A stretch of DNA of 64,000 nt from an uncultured Acidobacteriota bacterium (GTDB lineage Bacteria > Acidobacteriota > Vicinamibacteria > Fen-336), in contig OY970399.1 of the NCBI GenBank assembly GCA_963720545.1, positions 2,944,001 through 3,008,000 on the forward strand, written 5' to 3'. Below, piece by piece: positions 39,232 through 49,755 of the stretch. The notes under the pieces were generated by a model, which saw only the letters and a program-made list of their open reading frames with translations, ran no database searches and was not told the origin of the DNA. A program made the translations under genes and the position numbers. Each line of letters begins with the position of its first letter. Position 1 is the first letter of the stretch.

Positions 39232-41502
39232 TCAGCCCTTCCTCTTCGTCTTCATGGCGCCGGCGGCGCCAGGGCGCGCCTCGGCGAGCGCCAGCAGCAT
39301 GCGGTCCGGGGTGATGGGCAAGGTGCGCACACGCGCGCCGGTTGCGTTGAACACCGCGTTCGCGACCGCCGCCAGGGTGGGCACCATGCACGGCTCACCG
39401 ATGCCGGCGGTGGAGGTGTTGTTGCCGGCGTTCGCCACCGGCGTCACGATCGGCACCGCCTCGAACATGTCGGACGGCATCAGGATCTTGTACGACTCGA
39501 GGTTGGGGTTCACCATCGTGCCGACGTTGCGGTCGAGGATGCGGTTCTCGAACAGCGCCCACGAGGCGCCCTGGATGAGCGCGCCGATGATCTGGCTCTC
39601 GGTTGTGAGGACGTTGACGGGGAAGCCGCAGTCGTTCACCGACACCATCTTCACGACGCGGATGTTGCCGGTCTCGGTGTCCACCTCGACCTCGGCGAAC
39701 TGCACGCCGGCGATCTGGTCATGGAACGTCTCGAACTGCTTCTTGCGTTCGGCGACCGCCGCGATCATGTCGCCGGGCATCTTCGCCGCCGCCTCCTTGA
39801 CGCCCAGGGATGTGCTGCCGACCGCGGCGAACAGCTTCCTCTTCGCCTCGGCCGCCGCCAGCCGCATCACCGGCGCCACCGAGTTCGTGGTGTTGCTGCC
39901 GCCGGACGCCGGCCCCGGCGGATAGCGCGTGTCGCCGACGTTCGGCTTCACGTCGGAAACCTCGACGCCCAGCTCTTCGGCGACGATCATCGCCATCGCG
40001 GTGCGAAAGCCGGTGCCGATGTCCTGCGCGCCGGAGAAGTACTCGATGCCGCCGTCGCGGTGGATGCGCACCTCGGCGCCGACGCCGCTGCCGCGGGCGA
40101 TGACGTACCAGTTGCCGTTCGCCATGCCGATGCCGCGCTTCACGATGCCCGTATCGGACCCCGGCTGGCGGCGCCGCTCCCAGCCGATGGCTTTGGCGCC
40201 GACGTCGTACTGCGACAGGCGGGTGGGGTGGTCGTCGTTGCGGCGGCGGAACTCGAGCGGATCCATCCCGAGCTTGTGCGCCATCTCGTCGATCGCCGAC
40301 TCGAGCGCGAACGCGCCCTGCGGATGCCCGGGCGCGCGCAGCGGCGCCTGCGGGCCGGCGTTGGTGAAAACGTCGTGCTCCTCGACCTTGAGGTTCGGGT
40401 TCTTCCCGTAGAGGGCACCGGCAGGTCCGCCGGTGCCGGCCCCGCCGGCGATGCCGCCCGAGCCGAACGACCGGTAATGAAGGCCCTGGATGTTGCCCTC
40501 GCCGTCGGCGCCGATTTTCACGGTCATGAGCGCGCTCGGAGCGTTGCCCGTGCACAGGTGCTCCTCGCGGCGGTCGAGCATCAGCTTCACGGGCGCGCCC
40601 GCCTGTTTCGCGAGCCGGGCGCAGATGATGGCGAACGCCGAGCCCGTGGCCGACGGTGCCAGCTTGCTGCCGAAGCCACCGCCCATGTGCTCGGTGATCA
40701 CCACCACGTTCTTGCGGTCGATGCCGAGCGCCTCGGCGACGCCGTCGCGCACGGTGGCGACGCCCTGGGTGGACGCGTGGATCGTCAGCTGTTCGCCTTC
40801 CCATTGCGCCAGCACGCCGTGGGTCTCGAGCGGTGAATGGGTGTGCACCGGCAGCGAGTACGTCGCCTCGATGGTCACCGGTGCGGCGAGCAGGGCTTTA
40901 GCCGCATCTCCGCGGGTGCCGCCGCGCCGCGACGCCATCGGCCCGACCACGTTGCCCTTGCGCGGCGCATCCTTCGGGGCCGGCAAGTCGGTGTCGCCGT
41001 AGACACGGGGCGCGTTTTCACGCATCGCCTGCTCGAGGTCCACGACGAACGGCCGCGGCGTGTATGTCACCTTCACCAGGCGCGCGGCGTCGGCCGCGAG
41101 TTCCGGTGAGGTGGCGGCGACCGCCGCGATGTCCTGTCCCGCGAAGCGCACCACGGCACTCTCGGTGGTCCACACCGCCTTCACTCCGGGCAGCGCTTCC
41201 GCGGCGGACGTGTCGACGCGCAGGATCTCGCCCGCCGGAATCTCGGCGCGGATCATCTTCGCCCACAGCATTCCCGGCACGTTGAGGTCGAAGGTGTACT
41301 TCGCCCGCCCGGTCACCTTCAGCGGCCCTTCAAGACGCGGATGGCGCGTCTTCACCACGCGCAGCTGGGTGTCGAGGTCCCACGGCTGAAGGTCGCCCTC
41401 GGCGGCGTTCACCTCCAGCGTCTTCGGCGCGCCGGGAAGCCCGGCCTTCACAGTGAACTTCACTGTCGGGGCTTCGGGAGCCTTTGGCTGTTCCTGTGTC
41501 AT
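39232..41502 (-). CDS. Xanthine dehydrogenase family molybdopterin-binding subunit (PaoC/YagR-like)
   Basis: KVTGRAKY, STQG, GGGFGSK, RAPGHPQG, QDIGTG, SGGS, GIGEP. Confidence 0.9.
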   Translation of the reverse strand: MTQEQPKAPEAPTVKFTVKAGLPGAPKTLEVNAAEGDLQPWDLDTQLRVVKTRHPRLEGPLKVTGRAKYTFDLNVPGMLWAKMIRAEIPAGEILRVDTSAAEALPGVKAVWTTESAVVRFAGQDIAAVAATSPELAADAARLVKVTYTPRPFVVDLEQAMRENAPRVYGDTDLPAPKDAPRKGNVVGPMASRRGGTRGDAAKALLAAPVTIEATYSLPVHTHSPLETHGVLAQWEGEQLTIHASTQGVATVRDGVAEALGIDRKNVVVITEHMGGGFGSKLAPSATGSAFAIICARLAKQAGAPVKLMLDRREEHLCTGNAPSALMTVKIGADGEGNIQGLHYRSFGSGGIAGGAGTGGPAGALYGKNPNLKVEEHDVFTNAGPQAPLRAPGHPQGAFALESAIDEMAHKLGMDPLEFRRRNDDHPTRLSQYDVGAKAIGWERRRQPGSDTGIVKRGIGMANGNWYVIARGSGVGAEVRIHRDGGIEYFSGAQDIGTGFRTAMAMIVAEELGVEVSDVKPNVGDTRYPPGPASGGSNTTNSVAPVMRLAAAEAKRKLFAAVGSTSLGVKEAAAKMPGDMIAAVAERKKQFETFHDQIAGVQFAEVEVDTETGNIRVVKMVSVNDCGFPVNVLTTESQIIGALIQGASWALFENRILDRNVGTMVNPNLESYKILMPSDMFEAVPIVTPVANAGNNTSTAGIGEPCMVPTLAAVANAVFNATGARVRTLPITPDRMLLALAEARPGAAGAMKTKRKG

Positions 41503-42074
41503 GCCTTGCCCGCCGCCATGTGAACCGCCTCGAAGATGCGGCCGTAGGTGCCGCAACGGCAGAGATTGCCGGCGAGGCCGGCCTTCACCTGCGCGAGGTC
41601 GGGGCTTGGGTTCGCGGCCAGGAGAGCAGTGGCGCTGACCACGAAGCCGGGTGTGCAGAAGCCGCATTGCAGCGCGTCGCAGGCGACGAACGCCTTCTGC
41701 ACCGGGCTCATCGCCTCGGGCGAACCGAGACCCTCGACCGTCGTGATCTCCCGGCCCTGCGCATCGGCGGCGAGCATCAGGCATGAGCACACGGGCTTGC
41801 CGTCCATGAGCACGGTGCAGGCGCCGCACGCACCGCGGTCGCAGACTTCCTTGGCGCCCGTGAGGTCGAGATGGTTGCGCAGCGCGCGCAGCAGCGTCAC
41901 CCGCGGCTCGACAGTCAAAGACCGCGCCGCACCGTTGACCTTCAGCGTCAGGGGAACGGCTCCGGGTCCCAGCACCTCGGGAGCCGCACTCGCTGGCTGG
42001 GAGCCGACCACCGTGGTCGCGGCGGCGCCGGCGCCGGCCGTCTTGAGGAAGAGACGTCTCGAGAAATTTGCCAT
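41499..42074 (-). CDS. Tat-exported 2x[2Fe-2S] subunit (PaoA/YagT-like)
   Basis: SRRLFLK twin-arginine signal; CDRGACGAC, QCGFC, NLCRC. Confidence 0.92.
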   Translation of the reverse strand: MANFSRRLFLKTAGAGAAATTVVGSQPASAAPEVLGPGAVPLTLKVNGAARSLTVEPRVTLLRALRNHLDLTGAKEVCDRGACGACTVLMDGKPVCSCLMLAADAQGREITTVEGLGSPEAMSPVQKAFVACDALQCGFCTPGFVVSATALLAANPSPDLAQVKAGLAGNLCRCGTYGRIFEAVHMAAGKA

Positions 42075-42136
42075 GCGGCTTTGGTCCTCCCGCTGCGCTG
42101 CCTCGATTCTGCCACTCCAGCGGATAATCACGCACC

Positions 42137-43075
42137 ATGGCGCGCGACAAAAAAACCTGGCTGCCGTGGGTGGCCCTGTTCATTATTTATGTCGTCTGGG
42201 GCTCGACCTACACCGCCATCCGCTACGTGGTCGTCGAGCTGCCGCCGCGGTTGCCTGCCGGCCTGCGATTTCTCGCCGCCGGCCTCGTGATGACGGCGCT
42301 CGCCCTGTGGCGCGACCGCGGCGGGCCGCGCCCCACCAGCAAGCAGCTCTGGCAGTACGCGCTCGTCGGCGCCATCCTGCTCGGCTTCTCGAACGGCATG
42401 GTGATGTGGGCCGAGGTCTACATCCCGAGCGGCATCGCTGCGCTCATCGTCGCGACCGTGCCCCTGTGGACGACGCTCTTCGAAGGCATGCGCCGCGGTG
42501 GCGAGCCGTGGACCGCGCGCCTGTGGCTTGGCGGCGTGCTCGGCCTCGCCGGAGTCGGCTTCGTCGCGCGTCCCGAGGGCGACCTCACCCGCGACGCGCT
42601 TTGGGCGGCGGCCGCGCTCACGGTCGCGAGCATCGCCTGGACGCTCGGCGCCCTTTACAGCCAGACGATCGACCGCAAGCTGCCGGTGTTCTCGGCCGCG
42701 GCCATCGAGATGATCGCCGGCGGCATCGTGCAACTCGTCCTGTCGCTCGCCTTTCGCGAAGACTGGTCGCGCCTGCGCACCGCATCGGCGAGCGCGTGGC
42801 TGGCGCTCGGCTACCTCGCGGTCTTCGGCTCGATCATCGCCTTCACTGCTTTCGCTTATTGCCTCAACAACCTGCCCGCCACCACCGTCGGCACCTACGC
42901 CTACGTGAACCCGATCGTCGCGGTCCTGCTCGGCCGCCTGCTGCTCGACGAGCCCCTCACCGAACGCCTCATCATCGGCGGCATCCTCATCCTCGCCGCG
43001 GTCCTGCTCACGACACTGAAACGCCGCCCCACCGTCCCACCCCCCGCCGCCGCCTGCGAAGAACCCGCGTCCTAG
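42137..43075 (+). CDS. EamA/DMT-family transporter (YedA-like)
   Basis: IYVVWGSTY, PSGIAAL, YAYVNPIVAV; about 10 TMs. Confidence 0.9.
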   Translation: MARDKKTWLPWVALFIIYVVWGSTYTAIRYVVVELPPRLPAGLRFLAAGLVMTALALWRDRGGPRPTSKQLWQYALVGAILLGFSNGMVMWAEVYIPSGIAALIVATVPLWTTLFEGMRRGGEPWTARLWLGGVLGLAGVGFVARPEGDLTRDALWAAAALTVASIAWTLGALYSQTIDRKLPVFSAAAIEMIAGGIVQLVLSLAFREDWSRLRTASASAWLALGYLAVFGSIIAFTAFAYCLNNLPATTVGTYAYVNPIVAVLLGRLLLDEPLTERLIIGGILILAAVLLTTLKRRPTVPPPAAACEEPAS

Positions 43076-43207
43076 CCCGTGCGGCGGCGCACGGCCCGTC
43101 CGCGCAATCACTCTCCTGAACGGCTGGACGTGCCGCTCCGGATCCCGCGACTCGTTCAAAGTTTCGTGCGCATCGAATGTTGCGGAGTGCGCTTACAATC
43201 CCGCACC

Positions 43208-45004
43208 ATGAACAAGCTTTTTGCGTTTCTGCTGATCCTTGGATTCGCGGCGGGTGCTGCCGCGGCTCCTCCAGACGACAAGGCGGTCGCCCAACGGCTC
43301 CAGGGGTTCGACGCCTACATGGCGAAGGTGCTGAAGGACTGGAACGTCCCTGGCATCGGCATCGGCATCGTGGTGAACGACAAGGTGGTGCTCGCCAGGG
43401 GTTACGGCTATCGCGACTACGGCAAGAAGCTGCCGTATACCGCGCAGACCGTGCAGCCGATCGCCTCCAACACCAAGCTGTTCACCGCGATGGACGTGGG
43501 CTTCCTCGTGGAGGAAGGCAAGATCGAGTGGGACAAGCCGGCACGGCGCTTCGTGCCGTCGATCCGCTTCTATAACGACGAACTCGACAATACCGTCACG
43601 GTGCGCGACATGCTGTCGCACCGCACCGGCATCACCCGCCACGACAGCATCTGGTACAAGTCCGAATTCACGCGCGACGAGCTGTTCCAGCGGCTGCGCT
43701 ATCTCGAGCCGAGCCAGCCGGCCCGCACCACCTTCCTCTACAACAACATGATGTACGTCGGCTCGGGGCGGATCGTCGAACTGCTCTCGGGCAAGACCTG
43801 GGAAGACTTCACGCGCGAGAAGATCCTTGGTCCGCTGGGCATGACCAGCACCGGTTTCACCATCGCCGACCTCAAGAAGCAGGCGAACCCGGCGGTGCCT
43901 TTCACCGAGCGCCGCGACTCGTTCGAGCTCTACCAGATCCCCTATTACGACGACGAGGTCGCGGTGGGCCCCGCGGGCGCCATCGTCTCGAACGTGGACG
44001 ACATGACGAAGTGGCTCACCGCCCTGATGAACGACGGCAAGTTCCAGGGCAAGCAGGTGCTGCCGGCAGCGGCGGTGAAGGCAACGCTCGAGCCGACGCT
44101 GGCGATGGCCAACAGCGCGCTCGAGAGCCGCGGCTGGGGCGAGCTTCTGAACTCGGCCTACGGCATGGGCCGCTGGACGGCTTCTTACCGCGGCAACCTC
44201 ATCGCGTTCCACGGCGGCGACATCAACGGCTTCCATTCGCAGGTGTCGCTGATGCCGACGAACCGCATCGGCGTGGTGGTGCTGGTGATCGGCGACCATG
44301 CGGCGCCGCTCTACAACCCGATCTCGTACAACATCTACGAGCGGCTGCTGGGCATGGACGAGACCCCGTGGGTGCAGCGCCAGCTCGACATCCGCCTCAA
44401 GGGCAAGGAAGCGTCGAAGCAGGCGCGCGCCAAGGCCGGCGAGGGCCAGGTGGCCGGAACCAAGCCGTCCCATCCGCTCGACGCTTTCACCGGCGAGTTC
44501 GTCCACCCGGCCTACGGCGTCCTCAAGATCACCACCAAGGACAATGGCCTGGCCTTCGCGTTCCACAAGATCGCGATGCCGCTGACCCATTTCCATTACG
44601 ACCGCTTCGACAGCGCCGACGACGAGCAGGACGGCAAGTGGTCGGTCAACTTCGTGACCAGCCCGCAGGGCGAGATCGACAAGGCCGTGATGTCCCTCGA
44701 CGAAGCCGAGGTCGCGTTCACGCGGCAGGCGAGCGCCGAGCTGTCTTCGCTCGCGACGCTCTCGCAGTATGCCGGCGACTACACCACGCCGACCGGCGGC
44801 AAGTTCAAGGTCGCGGTGGAGCACGGCATTCTCGGCCTGGTGTTCGCCGGCCAGCCGTTCCAGGAACTCATCCCGTGGAAGCCGCGGATGTTCCGCGTCA
44901 AGGAGTTCGCCGACGTCACCTTCGAGTTCGTGGTCGAAGGCGGCGCCGTCAAGGCGCTGAAGCAGAAGGACCCGTCGGGAGAGTTCACCTTCCCGAAGCA
45001 GTAA
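43208..45004 (+). CDS. Secreted serine hydrolase (AmpC/beta-lactamase-related) with DUF3471-like C-terminal domains
   Basis: SNTK (SxxK), LSHRTG, YNN and HGG motifs; signal peptide from ATG 43208. Confidence 0.88.
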   Translation: MNKLFAFLLILGFAAGAAAAPPDDKAVAQRLQGFDAYMAKVLKDWNVPGIGIGIVVNDKVVLARGYGYRDYGKKLPYTAQTVQPIASNTKLFTAMDVGFLVEEGKIEWDKPARRFVPSIRFYNDELDNTVTVRDMLSHRTGITRHDSIWYKSEFTRDELFQRLRYLEPSQPARTTFLYNNMMYVGSGRIVELLSGKTWEDFTREKILGPLGMTSTGFTIADLKKQANPAVPFTERRDSFELYQIPYYDDEVAVGPAGAIVSNVDDMTKWLTALMNDGKFQGKQVLPAAAVKATLEPTLAMANSALESRGWGELLNSAYGMGRWTASYRGNLIAFHGGDINGFHSQVSLMPTNRIGVVVLVIGDHAAPLYNPISYNIYERLLGMDETPWVQRQLDIRLKGKEASKQARAKAGEGQVAGTKPSHPLDAFTGEFVHPAYGVLKITTKDNGLAFAFHKIAMPLTHFHYDRFDSADDEQDGKWSVNFVTSPQGEIDKAVMSLDEAEVAFTRQASAELSSLATLSQYAGDYTTPTGGKFKVAVEHGILGLVFAGQPFQELIPWKPRMFRVKEFADVTFEFVVEGGAVKALKQKDPSGEFTFPKQ

Positions 45005-45018
45005 CGGCGCCTGAGCGC

Positions 45019-46194
45019 TTAATAAAGAAGATAGGGGCGGCGGCGCTTCGCGAAGGCCGCCGCTTCTTTTTTCCAGGCAGGGGCGAGCGAACGCAGGGGG
45101 CGGCCGGCTTCGATCGCGGTGCGCACCGAGTCGGTGCCGCAGAGGATGTCGATCGGCAGCTTCACCAGCTCGTATTCGTACGGCGGGTCGCGCCAGGCGA
45201 AGCGCTTCTCGTCCTGTGCGCGCGCCGCCACGATGAGCAGCAGGTAGGCGAGGAAAGCCGGGAACGAGGAGCGGTCGGTGACGTGCAGCTGCACGCCGCC
45301 GCACACCTGGCCTGCGTGCTTCTGGAACGTGGGCGTGAAGAACGTCGGCCGGAAACGCACGCCCGGAAGCTTCGCCTTCGTCATCGCCGCGGCCAGCTTC
45401 CACGGATCGAGCCACGGCGCGCCCACGAGTTCGAACGGCCGCGTGGTGCCGCGGCCCTCGGAGAGGTTGGTGCCTTCGATGAGGCAGCCGCCCGGGTAGA
45501 CGAAGGCCGTGTCGACGCCCGGCATGTTGGGAGAGGGCAGCACCCACGGCAGGCCGGTGTCCTCGAAGTGCATGCGCCGCCTGTAGCCGCGCATCTTCAC
45601 CACGTGCAGCTCGAGCCGCAACGAGTGCTCCGCCTGGAACATCAAGGCGAGCTCGCCAACGGTCATGCCGTGGCGCACCGCCAGCGTGTGCATGCCGACG
45701 AACGAGCGGTAGCGGTCGTCGAGCACGTTGCCGTCCACCACCTCGCCGCCGAGCGGGTTCGGCCGGTCGAGCACCACCAGCGCGCGTCGGTGCTCGGCGC
45801 AAGCCTGCATCGCGTGCAGCATGGTGTAGATGAACGTGTAGTAGCGCGAGCCGACATCCTGCAGGTCGAAGACCACAGCGTCGACGTCCTGAAGCATCGC
45901 TGCCGAAGGCACCCGCGTGTTGCCGTAGAGGCTGCGGACCGGCAAGCCGGTCCGCGCGTCGGTGCTGTCCGCGACTTCGATGAGGTCCTGGGCGTTGGCC
46001 CAGATGCCGTGTTCCGGCCCGAAGAGCGCCGTCAGCCGGTGCCGCTTGCTGCGTGCGAGCGCCAGCGCCCCGTGCTCGAGCTGCGACGTCACGCTCGTCG
46101 GGTTGGCGATGAAGCCGAGGCGGCGGCCGCGCAGCGCCTTCGGCGGGTCGGCCAGGAACGCGTCGAGTCCTGGACGAACCCGCGGTGCGCGCAC
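45019..46194 (-). CDS. DUF1343 / NamZ-like exo-beta-N-acetylmuramidase
   Basis: LFGPEHG, DLQDVGSRYYT, LDRPNP, RHGMTVGE, PSPNMP, SEGRGT. Confidence 0.88.
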   Translation of the reverse strand: MRAPRVRPGLDAFLADPPKALRGRRLGFIANPTSVTSQLEHGALALARSKRHRLTALFGPEHGIWANAQDLIEVADSTDARTGLPVRSLYGNTRVPSAAMLQDVDAVVFDLQDVGSRYYTFIYTMLHAMQACAEHRRALVVLDRPNPLGGEVVDGNVLDDRYRSFVGMHTLAVRHGMTVGELALMFQAEHSLRLELHVVKMRGYRRRMHFEDTGLPWVLPSPNMPGVDTAFVYPGGCLIEGTNLSEGRGTTRPFELVGAPWLDPWKLAAAMTKAKLPGVRFRPTFFTPTFQKHAGQVCGGVQLHVTDRSSFPAFLAYLLLIVAARAQDEKRFAWRDPPYEYELVKLPIDILCGTDSVRTAIEAGRPLRSLAPAWKKEAAAFAKRRRPYLLY

Positions 46195-48539
46195 TACTTG
46201 TCGAGGTCCAGCGAGAACGACCCGGAACCGTCTTTCGACTGCACCGAGCCGCGCAGCGTCTCGCCGGCGAGCTTGCCGGTGAAGCGCTTGAGCGTGCCGC
46301 GGATCTGCACCGCGAACGTGACGTTGCCGTCGGCGCCCGCCGACACGCTCGCCACCTTGCTGTCCACGGACGCCGAGCCGATGAAGGTGGTGAAGGTGCC
46401 GCCGCGGCCGGCGAACAGGACGCGGATCCGGCGTGGGCCGGCGTTGTCCTGCATCTGTCCCAGCCAGTCGCCGGTGAGCGCCGTGGCCGCGGCGCCGCTG
46501 CCGCTCACCTGCAGCGACAGCTCGCGCAGCGCACGCGCCATGTCCGGCGTCGCCGGGCGCAGCAGCGCCATCGGCACGCCGCGCGCGTTGGCGCCGCGCG
46601 CCGGGTCGGCATAGAGGTCGAGCAGCACCTTGGCCTTCGGCGTGACGGCGATGGCGCGCAGCGGCCGCTCGTTGCGGACGAACAAGGTCAGGTAGTCGTC
46701 GAGGAGCGCCGCCCAGTGGCGGGTGAGCGCCGCCGGCGAAGGCGCTGTGCGCAGTCCGGTGTAAGCCGATGCATAACCCGCGGCGTCCTCCGCGGTCGCC
46801 ACCATGAAGATACCGCGCCCGGCGATGCCGACGCCGGGCGGGTTGCCGTCGCGCGCCTCGACCGTCACCGAGGCGCTCTTGGCGGCTGCCACCAGTTCGT
46901 TCAGGAACTGGCAGAGGCGCGCCGCGCGCTCCGCGACCGGGTGCGATTCGGATGCGCTCGTGAGCAGCGCGAACGGCCCGATCGCGGTGGTCACCAGCAC
47001 CTTGCCCTTGCCGGCTTCGGCCGGCGCCGGCAGCGGATAGAAGAACGGCTCGAACATGCTGATCGACACGGCGCGCAACTCGAACGGCACCACGTCGGTG
47101 GTGCCGCCGCGCGCCGCAACGACCACGCCGCTGGCACCACCCGCGATCGACGGCGCGTCGGGCGCGCTCACCACCAGTTCCTTGCCGCTGGCGCTCAGCA
47201 CCAATGCCGGCTGGCCGCCGAAGCGCACGTCGTTGCCCGCAGGCACTTGGTCAAAGCCCGCGCCCCTGATGGTGACGCGCGTTCCGGGCTGGCCGTTGGC
47301 CGGCACGATCTCGCGCACGAACGGCAGCTTGCCGAGGAACAGCTTGCGCGGCGGCAGCAGCACGCCGTTGGCCTTCACCACCACGCTCACGCCCTTGCCC
47401 GGCGTCGGCGCGATCGCCGCCGGCACCGTGACGCGCAGCTGGTTGTCGGCGTCCACCACTTCCGCCGGCTTGTTGTCGATGGTGACGCTGAGCCGCGCCG
47501 GGTCGAGGTTTTGCCCGGCGATCACCACGCTTTCACCCGGCATCGCGACGTCGGGTTCGAGCCCCGCGAAGGACGCCTTGGGCACGACGGTGAGCGTCAG
47601 CGAGCCAGCCGGCTGGCCGCCGGAGAGGACCGCGATGGTCGCCGGACCCGGCTCGACGGCCGCGAGCGCCGCGGTAGAGACGGACGTCGGCGACGCCGAG
47701 GTGACCTCGAGCGGCGCGCCGTTCATCGTAACGATGACTTGCTTCGCGTCCGCGGCGAGGTTCTCGGCCGCGATCGTGAAGGCCTGGCCCGGCTGCACCA
47801 CGGTCGGCGCGATCGCCGTGATCGCGGGCACCGGCCGCAGCCACCACGAAGCGGCGTAGTAGACACCGGCGATCGCCGCGAGCCCGACGGCGGCGATGAC
47901 CAGCGTGCGCATCGGGAAGCGTTCCTTCCAGCCGACCGGCGGCGCCGCGTCCTCGTCGGTCAGCGGGTGGAGGGGCGGGGGCGTCATCCCGGTGACCGTC
48001 GCCGGACTGTCCTGGAACCCGCCGGTCGGCGCCTCGAGGTCGACGTCGCGCGGGAAGAGCCCGTCGTGCTCGTTCGCTGCGGGGATCGGCTTGCCTCCCG
48101 CGGTAGTCGCGGCGCTCGGATCGTAGTCGGCCGGCGGCCGGACGAAGGGCTTCGGCTGTTGTCCGGGCAGCAGCCCGGGCATGCCCTGCAGCGTGCCCAC
48201 ATAGGCCGGCACGCGCACCAGCAGCTTGACGGCGCCGCGCCCGCCGGGCGCGCCGAGTGAAATGCGGTCGCCGTCGCGGAGCGGCAGTTCGTCGCGTACC
48301 GGCTGGCCGTTCACGAAGCTGCCGGCGGCCGAGCCGAGGTCGCGCAGGACCAGGCCGCGGACGTCCCATGCGATCTCGACGTGATGCTCGGCGATCTGGT
48401 CGCCCTTCAGGCGGAAGGCGGCCGTCTCGCCGGCGCCGACGATGACATGCGCGGGCATCGTCTGGATCGTGTGGAACGCGCCGTGCTGGGCGCCGCCGGT
48501 CACGACCAGGGTCGGCAGAGTGGGGTTGTTGAGGTCCAC
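46194..48539 (-). CDS. FHA domain + Pro-rich linker + TM + IPT/TIG repeat protein
   Basis: FHA-like N-terminus (HH.EI...LRDLGS..GSFVNG...L..GDRI); one TM; three IPT/TIG-like repeats (PG..VTI.G.GF). Confidence 0.75.
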   Translation of the reverse strand: MDLNNPTLPTLVVTGGAQHGAFHTIQTMPAHVIVGAGETAAFRLKGDQIAEHHVEIAWDVRGLVLRDLGSAAGSFVNGQPVRDELPLRDGDRISLGAPGGRGAVKLLVRVPAYVGTLQGMPGLLPGQQPKPFVRPPADYDPSAATTAGGKPIPAANEHDGLFPRDVDLEAPTGGFQDSPATVTGMTPPPLHPLTDEDAAPPVGWKERFPMRTLVIAAVGLAAIAGVYYAASWWLRPVPAITAIAPTVVQPGQAFTIAAENLAADAKQVIVTMNGAPLEVTSASPTSVSTAALAAVEPGPATIAVLSGGQPAGSLTLTVVPKASFAGLEPDVAMPGESVVIAGQNLDPARLSVTIDNKPAEVVDADNQLRVTVPAAIAPTPGKGVSVVVKANGVLLPPRKLFLGKLPFVREIVPANGQPGTRVTIRGAGFDQVPAGNDVRFGGQPALVLSASGKELVVSAPDAPSIAGGASGVVVAARGGTTDVVPFELRAVSISMFEPFFYPLPAPAEAGKGKVLVTTAIGPFALLTSASESHPVAERAARLCQFLNELVAAAKSASVTVEARDGNPPGVGIAGRGIFMVATAEDAAGYASAYTGLRTAPSPAALTRHWAALLDDYLTLFVRNERPLRAIAVTPKAKVLLDLYADPARGANARGVPMALLRPATPDMARALRELSLQVSGSGAAATALTGDWLGQMQDNAGPRRIRVLFAGRGGTFTTFIGSASVDSKVASVSAGADGNVTFAVQIRGTLKRFTGKLAGETLRGSVQSKDGSGSFSLDLDK

Positions 48540-48592
48540 GATTCGCCGGAGTCTAAGGCTTTTACCGGGGGCGGATAGACTGCCCGGATCAC

Positions 48593-49030
48593 ATGCACCA
48601 CCGCCGCCGCCGCCCTGTAGACCCCAGCCGCTTGCGCGGGGTCCGGGTTTCCCTGATCCGGCGCGTGACCGTCACCTGGATGGGTCGCAGCGAGGCCGTG
48701 ATGATGCTCGATATCGGGCTGCGAGGAGTCTATGTCGAGCATTCGGCCGCTCCGGGACCGGGCACCACGGGTGTAATCGAGCTCACGTTGCCGAACAACG
48801 AACTGCCGCTGGTGGTGGCCTGCCATGTGGCGTGGCGCCACATCCAGACGGGGACCTATGTGCGGCGCAGCCTGCCGCCCGGCTGCGGACTCGAGTTCGA
48901 GGCACTCGACGAGGCCACGGAGGGCCGGCTCGTCACGCACCTCGCCGAGCACCTGGCGAGGCCCGGACACAGCCGCAGGTTCGTGGCGCGCTGGCCCGAC
49001 CCCGACGAGTACCTGGCCGACCCGATATGA
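48593..49030 (+). CDS. PilZ-domain protein
   Basis: LDIGLRGVYV, VAW and GCGLEF..LD pattern. Confidence 0.7.
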   Translation: MHHRRRRPVDPSRLRGVRVSLIRRVTVTWMGRSEAVMMLDIGLRGVYVEHSAAPGPGTTGVIELTLPNNELPLVVACHVAWRHIQTGTYVRRSLPPGCGLEFEALDEATEGRLVTHLAEHLARPGHSRRFVARWPDPDEYLADPI

Positions 49031-49755
49031 GCAAAGCGCCCGACATCGTGCTGGTGCGGCCGGAGAACTCCGCCAATGTCGGCGCCGTCGCGCGCGTGAT
49101 GAGCAACACCGGCCTGACGCGCCTGGTGCTCGTCGCGCCGGGCGATTTCCGCACGGTCGAGTGCTGGCGCAGCGCGTGGGGCGCCCACGACGTGCTCGAG
49201 ACACTCGTGGAGCGCCCGGATCTGGAGGCAGCGCTTCGGGACTACGACCACACGGTGGCGTTTTCCGGGCGCGCTTCGGCCGAGCATCCGGCCGCGGACG
49301 TGCGCGCTGCAGCGCAGGGGTTTGCGCGCTTCGGACCGGGCGTGCGCGCCGCCTTCGTCTTCGGTCCGGAAACGGCGGGCCTCAGCGAAGACGAACTGCG
49401 GCTATGCGGTGCGCGCGCCACGATCCCGGCGCATCCCGGCCAGCCGTCGCTCAACCTGTCGCATGCGGTGCTGGTCGCCGCCCATGAGTTCTATCGCGCG
49501 TCGTTGGAACTGCCGCGCGCGGACGACGGCGACGCGCAGGACGAAGACGCGCGGCCGCCGAGCCGCGCCGAGCGCGAGGCGTTCCTCGGCCCGTGGCGCG
49601 ACGCGCTCATCGCCGCGGGGGCGCTCCGCAGCGACGACACCCGCTACTTTCCGCGCTGGCAAGACTTCTTCAGGCGCACGGAGCTGTCGGCACGCGAGCT
49701 GCGCCTGTTCGAGCATCTCGCGCACAAGCTGGCGCAATTGCAGTCGCGACGATGA
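49027..49755 (+). CDS. TrmJ/LasT-family SPOUT RNA methyltransferase
   Basis: IVLVRP...NVGAVARVM.N.G, VFGPE..GL, SLNLSHAV. Confidence 0.85.
   Translation: MSKAPDIVLVRPENSANVGAVARVMSNTGLTRLVLVAPGDFRTVECWRSAWGAHDVLETLVERPDLEAALRDYDHTVAFSGRASAEHPAADVRAAAQGFARFGPGVRAAFVFGPETAGLSEDELRLCGARATIPAHPGQPSLNLSHAVLVAAHEFYRASLELPRADDGDAQDEDARPPSRAEREAFLGPWRDALIAAGALRSDDTRYFPRWQDFFRRTELSARELRLFEHLAHKLAQLQSRR

Noticed and set aside
43208..45004. True beta-lactamase
   Set aside because: HGG rather than KTG motif and extra C-terminal domains point to a peptidase/esterase-type serine hydrolase
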